From a candidate division TA06 bacterium B3_TA06 (GTDB lineage Bacteria > Hydrothermota > Tepidihabitantia > B3-TA06), in assembly GCA_005223075.1 (NCBI GenBank), contig NJBO01000003.1:81555-145554 (forward strand): 64,000 nucleotides of DNA. Direction: 5' to 3'. Numbering within the stretch: the stretch's first letter is position 1; every line of letters starts with the position of its first letter. A program made the translations under genes and the position numbers. The notes below the pieces were generated by a model. It did not search any database. It was given only the letters and a program-made list of their open reading frames with translations, and was not told where the DNA came from. This document shows positions 17,150 through 24,982 of this stretch, one piece after another.

Positions 17150-17297
17150 CCCCATTTGATCAGCTCATCCTATTAATGCCCGAACATCCTTAAATAATAT
17201 TATTTTATTACATTTATCTAAAGGAACCAGCTAGATGGAGTCATTTCTAATTTTATTGGCTACTTCTTCCTATCTGAAAAATGACCTAAATGTTCAC

Positions 17298-17325
17298 TTG
17301 ACATATGCAGTTTTTTGATTATAAT
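17298..17325 (+). promoter_or_regulatory. candidate sigma-70 promoter for LuxE-like gene copy 1 (TTGACA-16-TATAAT), followed by ~160-nt conserved leader
   Basis: It has consensus hexamers and is identical in the second copy at 19696-19723. Confidence 0.5.
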
Positions 17326-17491
17326 CAATCAACGAACAAAAGGAGTCGTTCTTTGGAAATAAAAAACTGCTTCGCACACAGCGGGTGTTTCAGCAAAGAC
17401 TAACGCAGGCTTTACCGCTTCGAAAAGCCTGAAAACCTTAGCCAAAACTGCTTGATACATTTAAGTATCAAGTATTAAAAAGGAGAGCTAA

Positions 17492-18655
17492 ATGCCGAAA
17501 ACCACAAAAAAAACAAACAAGTATGCAACAGATTCGGAGTTCGTCCGCGATCTGGAGCATGACATCACTGCCTTCATAAAGGCCGGCGCTGAACAATCCG
17601 ATGTCGACGAAAAGTACAACGAACTCGCCCTTCGGTTGTTTGAGTACCAATACAACATGAACATACCTTACCAGAAGTACTGTGACAAATACGGCAAAAA
17701 ACCAGGCACCATAGATTCCTGGGAAGAGATTCCCGTGGTTACCACTTCCGCATTCAAGGAAGTGACATTCAGGACCTTTCCGGAGGAAGAAACTGTAATG
17801 CTCATGACCAGTAGCGGAACAGACGATCCTGAAAAGCGCTCAAAGGTCTATCTTAATAAGATGGGTCTCGAGTTATTCGACTTGTCCACCCAAACCGCAA
17901 TAGAACTTGGATTGTATGGTTCCCCGGATGAGAAGTTTCACGCATTGTTGCTCGGTCCCGATCCCGAATTAACGCCCGAGGCATCTATAGTGGTACGCGG
18001 ACTAATACAAGTGGTTGAAGGGCATTATATCGGGAAGCCGGAATTCTTCATAAAGCCTGATGGGTTCGATTTCGCAGGCCTTGCCGAAAGACTCAGGCAG
18101 GCCGAAGAGACCGGTGAACCGGTGGTGATCGCTGGAGCCACGTTCGGACATATCCACTTCTTTGACTATTGCCAATCCCAGGGCATCTCCTTCAAGCTGC
18201 CCGAAGGCAGCCGCTGCTTTGACGGTGGAGGCTACAAAGGCAAAGCAAGACAGATCACCAGAGAAGAGTACTGTCAACTGGCTAAAAAGGTACTTGACGT
18301 ACCGTCACATCTTCTTGTAAATTGCTACGGCATGGTCGAGGTACCCTTGCCTTTCATGGAAAACGTATTCTACAACCACAGAAAAGGCATAAAGGAACCA
18401 CGCTACAAGATGATTCCTCACTGGGGGAAAACCCTGGTTGTTGATCCCGACACCCTGAAGCCTTTGCCCAAGGGCGAACGAGGATTGCTTCGTCATTACT
18501 GTTTGGCTAATCTTGTGACCGCGCAGGCTATTCAAACGGATGATGTAGGTGTCGCAATCGGTTCCGGCTTCGAAATCTTGGGCCGTGCAAAAGGCTCCGA
18601 GGCGCGCGGCTGTTCCATTGCCATTGACGAACTCCTCAGCGCACAAAAAAAATAA
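17492..18655 (+). CDS. LuxE-family acyl-protein synthetase (fatty acid-activating, PaaK/LuxE adenylating superfamily), copy 1
   Basis: From memory it aligns with Vibrio LuxE: N-terminal F.YQ.N..Y..YC...G..P, central TSSGT, C-terminal GRAKGSEARGCSIAIDEL with the acylated Cys position. Size is 387 aa. Confidence 0.8.
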   Translation: MPKTTKKTNKYATDSEFVRDLEHDITAFIKAGAEQSDVDEKYNELALRLFEYQYNMNIPYQKYCDKYGKKPGTIDSWEEIPVVTTSAFKEVTFRTFPEEETVMLMTSSGTDDPEKRSKVYLNKMGLELFDLSTQTAIELGLYGSPDEKFHALLLGPDPELTPEASIVVRGLIQVVEGHYIGKPEFFIKPDGFDFAGLAERLRQAEETGEPVVIAGATFGHIHFFDYCQSQGISFKLPEGSRCFDGGGYKGKARQITREEYCQLAKKVLDVPSHLLVNCYGMVEVPLPFMENVFYNHRKGIKEPRYKMIPHWGKTLVVDPDTLKPLPKGERGLLRHYCLANLVTAQAIQTDDVGVAIGSGFEILGRAKGSEARGCSIAIDELLSAQKK

Positions 18656-18666
18656 TGGAGGACAGG

Positions 18667-18960
18667 ATGTCAGGGGCAGAAACATCTACCCCGGTGTTCT
18701 TCCTGTGTGCCCTGGATGAGACCCACGTTTAGAACCCTTTTGCCCTTGAGGTCCAAACCCGCGGGGATCGCGTCAGGAGAGATTCGCTGGCACCCACATC
18801 CTCCCTAGTTCTCCAATCATCGCAGAACCAAAACCAGCAAGGGAAAACTACCTATCCCATCTTGCGATTTATGAGTTTGTGGAGAGGATAGACAAAACCG
18901 TAGCCTTCTGGCGTGATCCCCGCTTTCCCTTTGCTCCTGTTCATGTCTTACTCCTTCAGA
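18667..18960 (+). pseudogene. 5' remnant of a LuxC-like gene (tandem-duplication junction)
   Basis: MSGAETSTPVFF... and YEFVERIDKTVAFWRDPRFPF match the LuxC N-terminus at 21050 (MRETSIPAFF..., YEIIETIDKAVALWRDPDYPL). The frame is broken in between. It is truncated where the second STAS-like gene begins. Confidence 0.55.
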
Positions 18961-18969
18961 GCGGGCTAA

Positions 18970-19362
18970 TTACTCTGATTCCTTCTCTTTTTCAGCCTTC
19001 AGCCAAGCAAGGGCCTCTTCTTCGGTTGCGAAGAACTTGGTATCCTTCGCCCTTCCAAGTGCCGTCGCTGCGATTCTGCCAAACATCCGCACGGCTGGTT
19101 TCGCGCCGCAGATCGCTATCTTGTAGAAATCAAGACTCGCAGCCCCATCCTTTAGTAATTTACGGCCTTCCTTCTCGGGTATAATCTGGCCACGTTCGGA
19201 AGAGATCTTGACTGATAGATAACGCCGTTGCTCCGGGGTGAATCCCTTTGCAGAGTTAATGAAACTTCCTACGTCTTCCGTCTCGAACTTATCAAAGATC
19301 TCCAGCCACAGTACCCCGTTCTCCTCGTCGTACCAGAGTTTGGATTTGTCTTTCTCTTTCAT
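18970..19362 (-). CDS. SpoIIAA-like/STAS (DUF3478-type) small protein, copy 2
   Basis: This 130-aa protein is a paralog of 16562-16960. It has the same C-terminal TEEEALAWLK motif. Confidence 0.6.
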   Translation of the reverse strand: MKEKDKSKLWYDEENGVLWLEIFDKFETEDVGSFINSAKGFTPEQRRYLSVKISSERGQIIPEKEGRKLLKDGAASLDFYKIAICGAKPAVRMFGRIAATALGRAKDTKFFATEEEALAWLKAEKEKESE

Positions 19363-19695
19363 TTTTCTCCTCCTTTTGGCGATTTAAGGGTTTCCTCGCG
19401 CAATAAAAGCGAGTCTCTTGCTTGCATCGAATCTGGTTTTAAGCCTGATTCAGTCACAGCAAGCATTACACTTCTCTATGCCCACACTACCCATACTTGT
19501 AAGCGGGGAATCTTTGGACATATTACTGTTTTTCTTTCCTTTGTCAAGTCCATTTGATTAGCTCACTCTATTAATGCCCGAACATCCCTAAATAATATTA
19601 TTTTATTACATTTATCTAAAGGAACCAACTAAATGGAACCATCTGTAGTCTTATTGGCTATCCATTTCTATTTGGAAAATGACCTAAATGTTCAC

Positions 19696-19723
19696 TTGAC
19701 ATATGCAATTTTTTGACTATAAT
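19696..19723 (+). promoter_or_regulatory. candidate sigma-70 promoter for LuxE-like gene copy 2
   Basis: TTGACA-16-TATAAT, as in copy 1. Confidence 0.5.
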
Positions 19724-19889
19724 CAATCAATGAATAAAAAGAGTCGTTCTTTAGAGATGAAGAACTGCTTCGCCCACAGCGGGTGTTTCAGCAAAGACTA
19801 ACGCAGGTGTTGCCGCTTCTAAAAGCCTGAAAACGTTAGCCGAAAACGCTTGATACATTAAAGTATCAAGTATTAAGAAGGAGGAACAA

Positions 19890-21041
19890 ATGCCGAAAAC
19901 AACAAAAAAAACAAAGAGGTATGCAGCCGATTCGGACTTCGTCCGCAATCTGGAACAGGACATCACAGCCTTCATAAAGGCAGGACGTGATCAAGCCGGC
20001 ACCGAGGAGCGCTTCAATGAACTGGCCCTTCTGTTGTTCGAGTACCATTATAACGCGAATGCGCCCTATCAGAAGTACTGCCAGAAAAGAGGAGTTGCCC
20101 CAGGCGAGATCCGCTCCTGGACACAGATCCCTGCGGTGCCCACAACCGCTTTCAAGGAGATCCCCTTATGCACCTTCCCACCGGAAAAGGCTGTGAAGGT
20201 CTTCACGAGCAGCGGGACCACCCAGCAGACCAAGCGCTCAACCCTTTATTTCGATGAAGCCGGGCTTCGCTTGCTTGAGCTGTCTCAGCAGACGGTGGTG
20301 ACTGAGACCATGTGTCGTGATTTCGACAAGGCTCGTCTTTTGCTCGCTGCTCCCCCACCAACTATGGCTCCCAATTTGGCGTTGACCAACTACCCGCTGC
20401 TCGCGCTTAAAGGCCGCCTGATTGGTGAGCCGGTGTATCTTATCGGCAAGGAAGGACTTGATTTCCCTGGATTGGTAGCGAACTTAAGAGAAGCCGAAGA
20501 TCCCCTGATTCTGACCGGAGCCACGTTCGCGTTCCTTCACTTCTTCGAGTACTCGAAATCCCAGAATATGTCGTTCCGGCTTCCCGAGAAAAGCGTTATA
20601 AACGACGGCGGAGGCTTCAAAGGGCAGGCGCGAGAGATACCCAGGGAAGAGTACTTCGAATTGGCCCGTCAGGTTCTCGGAATTCCACCGGAGCGCATCC
20701 TGAACGCCTACGGTTTGAGCGAGGTGGCCACGGGATTCAATGATAACGGATTGTACAACAAGACTAACGGCATAGATGGCCCACGTTACAAGATGATCCC
20801 GCACTGGGTTAAAGCGGTTGTGGTCGATCCGGATACGCTCAAACCCCTGCCCAAAGGCCAAACCGGCTTGCTGCGCTACCACTGCCTAACCAACTTTTCG
20901 AACGTGATGGCCGTGCAAAGCGACGATGTGGGTTATGCGGTCGAAGATGGCTTTGAGGTCGTAGGCAGAGCAAAAGGTGCTGAAGCACGCGGCTGCTCCA
21001 TTGCCATGGACGAGCTGATCAGTGCCCAAAAAATGAAGTAG
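19890..21041 (+). CDS. LuxE-family acyl-protein synthetase, copy 2
   Basis: It is a paralog of 17492-18655, roughly 55% identical by eye. The C-terminal Cys motif is retained (GRAKGAEARGCSIAMDEL). Confidence 0.8.
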   Translation: MPKTTKKTKRYAADSDFVRNLEQDITAFIKAGRDQAGTEERFNELALLLFEYHYNANAPYQKYCQKRGVAPGEIRSWTQIPAVPTTAFKEIPLCTFPPEKAVKVFTSSGTTQQTKRSTLYFDEAGLRLLELSQQTVVTETMCRDFDKARLLLAAPPPTMAPNLALTNYPLLALKGRLIGEPVYLIGKEGLDFPGLVANLREAEDPLILTGATFAFLHFFEYSKSQNMSFRLPEKSVINDGGGFKGQAREIPREEYFELARQVLGIPPERILNAYGLSEVATGFNDNGLYNKTNGIDGPRYKMIPHWVKAVVVDPDTLKPLPKGQTGLLRYHCLTNFSNVMAVQSDDVGYAVEDGFEVVGRAKGAEARGCSIAMDELISAQKMK

Positions 21042-21049
21042 CCGGCAAG

Positions 21050-22483
21050 ATGAGAGAAACATCAATCCCAGCGTTCTTCCTGCCCGAAGTTGCTGAGGCT
21101 GACCTTGGGGAGTTTACTACGCTTGAGTTCGGGCAAGGCCAGAACACGGTCAGGATGCATTCTCCCCTCCTTACACCTGCTTTGCTCTCCAAGATCATAG
21201 CGCAACTTAAAGAAGCGCGGGAGGAATACCTCGCCAAGCTCCCTGTCTATGAGATCATCGAAACCATAGATAAAGCCGTGGCACTTTGGCGCGATCCAGA
21301 CTACCCACTGCGTCGCAAGGCCGAAGCGCTACTTCCTCTCATCACCGGCTACTCCAGCGAGATGATTACCCAGACCCTGGACGAGATCGTACTCATGTTG
21401 CGGGGAGAAGACCTGAAGCTCCTTCTTGAAGAGGAGTTAGGCGACCCTCTGTTTCTGGATCAATTCAGGCCGCGGCCGAAAAGCACCGGGATGTGCAAGG
21501 TCTACGGGCCTCGTCTCACCACCGCCGTGTTCGCAGGCAACGTTCCAGGACTTCCTGTGGCAAACATCGTCTATGCGCTGCTCATGAAATCGGCGATCTT
21601 AGGCAAGTCATCCTCTGAGGAGCCTTTGTTCGGCGTTCTATTCGCACAAACTCTGGCTGAGATAGATCCTGAGCTGGCTCGCTCTGTTGCCATGGTTTGC
21701 TGGAAAGGCGGCGATGTGGAGATCGAACACCTGGCTTTTGGCTCCTCGGATGCTGTGGTTGTCTATGGCGGAGAGCATTCTGTAAACGAAGTCCGGAAGC
21801 GGGTTCCTTTCCGAACCCGCTTCATCGCCTACGGGCATAAACTCAGCTTCGGGGTCATAGGCCGCGAGCATCTAGCAGCGGACCGCGTCAGGCAGACGGC
21901 GGCCTGGGCAGCCGTAGACGCATCAGTCTTTGATCAGCAGGGGTGCCTGTCTCCTCACGTGTTCTACGTAGAAGAAGGCGGCCAGACCACGCCCAAGGAG
22001 TTTGCGAGGCTGTTGGCTAGCGAGATGGAGGCCTTTAACCAAAAGATCCCTCGCGGGAGGATCTCGCCTGACGAATCGGCACATATCAACCAGCTACGTG
22101 GCTCATACGAGTTCCGGGAGTTTGAAGACCAAGGTGTAGCACTGCATGCGAGCTCACGGGGTACGGACTGGACGGTTATCTACGAACGCGATCCGGCATT
22201 CGTGCCGTCGTGTCTGAATCGAACCATCCGCATCAAGCCGGTGAAAGACGTATCAGAAGTGGTTGGATTGATCGAACCCATAAAGGGCTACCTGCAGACG
22301 GTAGGCGCAGCTCTGCCACAAGAAAGGTTCTTATCCCTGGCGAATAAGATGGGCCAACTAGGGGCAGATCGCATCTGCCCTCTGGGCAAGATGACCGCTC
22401 CTTCCCTCACCTGGCATCACGACGGACGCTTCAACATACTCGATCTGCTCAGATGGACTGATATAGAACAAGGCTCAACATAA
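21050..22483 (+). CDS. LuxC-family acyl-CoA (acyl-protein) reductase, aldehyde-dehydrogenase-like
   Basis: The protein is 477 aa, the size of LuxC. It immediately follows LuxE. It has an NADPH-binding-like region (VFAGNVPGLP) and a conserved Cys (GCLSPH). Confidence 0.7.
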   Translation: MRETSIPAFFLPEVAEADLGEFTTLEFGQGQNTVRMHSPLLTPALLSKIIAQLKEAREEYLAKLPVYEIIETIDKAVALWRDPDYPLRRKAEALLPLITGYSSEMITQTLDEIVLMLRGEDLKLLLEEELGDPLFLDQFRPRPKSTGMCKVYGPRLTTAVFAGNVPGLPVANIVYALLMKSAILGKSSSEEPLFGVLFAQTLAEIDPELARSVAMVCWKGGDVEIEHLAFGSSDAVVVYGGEHSVNEVRKRVPFRTRFIAYGHKLSFGVIGREHLAADRVRQTAAWAAVDASVFDQQGCLSPHVFYVEEGGQTTPKEFARLLASEMEAFNQKIPRGRISPDESAHINQLRGSYEFREFEDQGVALHASSRGTDWTVIYERDPAFVPSCLNRTIRIKPVKDVSEVVGLIEPIKGYLQTVGAALPQERFLSLANKMGQLGADRICPLGKMTAPSLTWHHDGRFNILDLLRWTDIEQGST

Positions 22484-22517
22484 GCTGAGAACAAGAAAAA
22501 ACTGGGGGGCTAAACAC

Positions 22518-22560
22518 GTCCCCACGGGGTTGGAAACAACTCCGTGGGGACTTTGTTTTC
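22518..22560. terminator. rho-independent terminator (10-bp GC stem GTCCCCACGG/CCGTGGGGAC + T-run) between convergent luxC-like and SDR genes
   Basis: A perfect inverted repeat is followed by TTTGTTTTC. An A-run sits on the other side, so it may act in both directions. Confidence 0.6.
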
Positions 22561-22605
22561 TGGTTCACCTCCTTTAGGGTTTAGCTCACAGCTTGGTTGT
22601 TTTCT

Positions 22606-23526
22606 TCATGACGCCAGCCCTGTTAACTCCTCACTGATTTTCCACAGCCGCTGCCAAGCTTCTTGGTTGTAAGAGGCTTTGGACGAACGCTTGGGTTTTC
22701 GCTTGGAGAAATACTTTCCGGTGACGCCCTCCACCTCCGGCGAGGACGCCAGATAGATGCTGGTCAGCGCACCCTCCTCAGGGGGAATCGCCCATAAGAG
22801 GTTAAAACTCACCCACCTGACTATCCTAAGAGCACCCCTAACCTGATGCGCCACGTTGGTCTTCACAAAGCCAGGATTGAGGGCATTTACCGTGACCCCG
22901 GTGCCCGCCAGCCGCCGCGCGAGTTCGTAGCTGAACATGAGCAGGGCAAGCTTGGAGTGGGTATATGCTGGGATACCGAAGAATTTTTCCCTGGTTGGTA
23001 GTTCGTTAAGATTTAACCCCTTAACCCATGCGTGCATGAAGGAGGAAACATTGACTATGCGGGACGGAGCACTGGTCTTGAGGACATCAAGTAACAGGTG
23101 GGTCAACAAAAAAGGAGCGATATGGTTGACGGCAAAGAACATCTCGATACCGTCGGAGCTCTGGGCTCGTTCGGCAAGACCAATGCCAGCGTTGTTTATG
23201 AGCACGTCCAGGCGTTGATAGCGATCCTTAAACTCCTGGGCCAGTCGGCGAATCTGAGCCTGCGAGGAGAGATCGGCAAGCATCAAATCAACCAAATCGT
23301 TTCCGCTCTCCCTCTTGATCTCGAGCCTGGCTGCCTCGCCTCGTTCCTTGCTGCGGCAGGCCATAACTACGGTCGCGCCCATCTTTGCCAATCCCAGAGC
23401 GGTTTCCTTGCCTATACCTGAGTTAGCTCCTGTCACCAGGCAGACCTTGCCTTTCATTTCATTCATCTTAGCCTCCTTGGTCTTTAGACTTATGTCTTTA
23501 AAGTCTGCCATTGAAGTCGTTGACAT
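22606..23526 (-). CDS. short-chain dehydrogenase/reductase (SDR) family oxidoreductase
   Basis: TGANSGIG Rossmann motif, NNAG motif, and the catalytic YxxxK region. Confidence 0.85.
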   Translation of the reverse strand: MSTTSMADFKDISLKTKEAKMNEMKGKVCLVTGANSGIGKETALGLAKMGATVVMACRSKERGEAARLEIKRESGNDLVDLMLADLSSQAQIRRLAQEFKDRYQRLDVLINNAGIGLAERAQSSDGIEMFFAVNHIAPFLLTHLLLDVLKTSAPSRIVNVSSFMHAWVKGLNLNELPTREKFFGIPAYTHSKLALLMFSYELARRLAGTGVTVNALNPGFVKTNVAHQVRGALRIVRWVSFNLLWAIPPEEGALTSIYLASSPEVEGVTGKYFSKRKPKRSSKASYNQEAWQRLWKISEELTGLAS

Positions 23527-23789
23527 CCTATTATTTTTATCATTGACGAATTATAGATTAAATTCCGAACGATGTCAAGTTAATTATAAGTCTATTTTAT
23601 TGAAAGTTACAGGGGGGGACGGTGAATCCTTCAGTATCGTCTTGGTAAGGTCTTTCGCTTCGATCTTGCGCGGGTTGAGGAGTGGCTTGAGTCGCGGGGC
23701 GTGCAACCACAACTCATCCGAACCAACAGCGCCGATCTCGAACGTGATGTTGACAAGATACTTGCCTCAACTACAATTGGAGGTAAGGT

Positions 23790-24362
23790 ATGAGAGTTTA
23801 TCAATGTGGTAAGCGTTGGTATGTCGAGGACTCATACAACCCGAAAAGGTACCGCCGGTCCGCGGGTCGGACTAAGCGGGAGGCTCTTTTAAAACTTGGC
23901 GAGATTGAACGCTACAAAGAAGTCTGGATAGAGAATGTAAAGTCTGCTTCCGTTAACCGTGAGTTGGCGTTACTAAGGCATATGCTCCGTAAGGCAATAG
24001 ATTGGGATTACCTGCGGAAAGAAAATCCTGCAAGCAGGGTGAAACAGTTCAAGGAACCCTCAGGACGGGTAAGATACCTCTCCTTTGAAGAAAGAGAGCA
24101 ATTACTTGAAGCGTGTAAGCGGACTGGTATCGAGGATTTCCATTGTCACAGCCTTAGACACACCTTTGCCTCTTATCGCGTTATGGCGGGTGTAGACATC
24201 CGAACGGTTCAGGTACTGATGGGACACAAGGACATCAAGATGACCATGCGGTATTCGCATCTTTCCAAGAGATACCTCAGAAAGGCGGTAAACCGGATGG
24301 TCACAAATTGGTCACAAGTCGAGGATGCACCCGTCGAGCAATCTCCCAAGTTACGGAGTTAA
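23790..24362 (+). pseudogene. degenerate tyrosine-recombinase (integrase) remnant lacking most of the catalytic core
   Basis: The N-terminus is integrase-like (RRSAGRTKREALLKLGEIE). Box II is present (HSLRHTFAS...LMGHKDIKMTMRYSHL). The protein is only 190 aa, and the Box I Arg region between LSFEERE and HSLRH is missing. Confidence 0.5.
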
Positions 24363-24370
24363 AGAAACTT

Positions 24371-24442
24371 GCCGACGTAGCTCAGCGGTAGAGCAACGCT
24401 TTCGTAAAGCGTAGGCCGGTGGTTCGAATCCACTCGTCGGCT
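24371..24442 (+). tRNA. tRNA-Thr (anticodon CGU)
   Basis: A manual cloverleaf fold gives a 7-bp acceptor stem, D and T arms (GGTTCGAATCC), and anticodon loop TTCGTAA. No CCA is encoded. Confidence 0.9.
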
Positions 24443-24757
24443 TTTTCAATCGTTACCCAGTAGGGCGCAACCCGTTGTAACACAAGCACTTACAAGGGAT
24501 ATAGGTATCCCTTTGGGCGGGTGCAAGGTTTACCCTATCACACCTGAAAAGTAGGCGTTTGGGTGCAAAAATGGCTAAGAACCCCTAAAATAACACACCT
24601 ACTGACACAGCCCAAAAGGTGCTCGGAGAAACACAGCCCAAACACACCGCCGTCAGTTTGGGCCGCTGCCCAGAACTCAAAAGGTTAGTGCAGTAGGTCT
24701 ATATCTTCTCAAGCCGCTCTCTGAATCCGTCTTTCAAATGTACACGGGGCAACCTCG

Positions 24758-24973
24758 TCATTTTACCCGAATGTAAGTGTATCCTTCCTTTTTTATGTTT
24801 TGATCCAAATACTGACCTTTTGAAGGAGCATTCATAAGACCATCATATAAGGCAAGTGGAACACCAAAGTATTGATAGATTCTACCCCCATGAAACTCCA
24901 CCTCTAAGACTTGAGTAGATCGGTTGTACCCTACGGATACAAGATTACTCGATTGAACTGGGATTCTCTTCAT
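24758..24973 (-). CDS. KTSC-domain protein (71 aa)
   Basis: It matches the KTSC consensus (SSNLVSVGYNRSTQVLEVEFHGGRIYQYFGVPLALYDGLMNAPSKGQY). Its RBS overlaps the stop of the upstream ATPase gene. Confidence 0.7.
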   Translation of the reverse strand: MKRIPVQSSNLVSVGYNRSTQVLEVEFHGGRIYQYFGVPLALYDGLMNAPSKGQYLDQNIKKEGYTYIRVK

Positions 24974-24982
24974 CTTGTCACC

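Noticed and set aside
17221-17304. Conserved 27-codon mini-ORF (MESFLILLATSSYLKNDLNVHLTYAVF) in both luxE upstream regions
   Set aside because: Its conserved 3' part coincides with the -35 box (cacTTGACAta). The amino-acid changes between the copies are non-conservative and the RBS is poor. The DNA-level conservation is better explained by the promoter.
23315-23812. 165-aa ORF upstream of the integrase remnant
   Set aside because: It runs through the SDR gene antisense region and an AT-rich intergenic stretch. It has no RBS or motif, and its composition changes abruptly. It is likely spurious.
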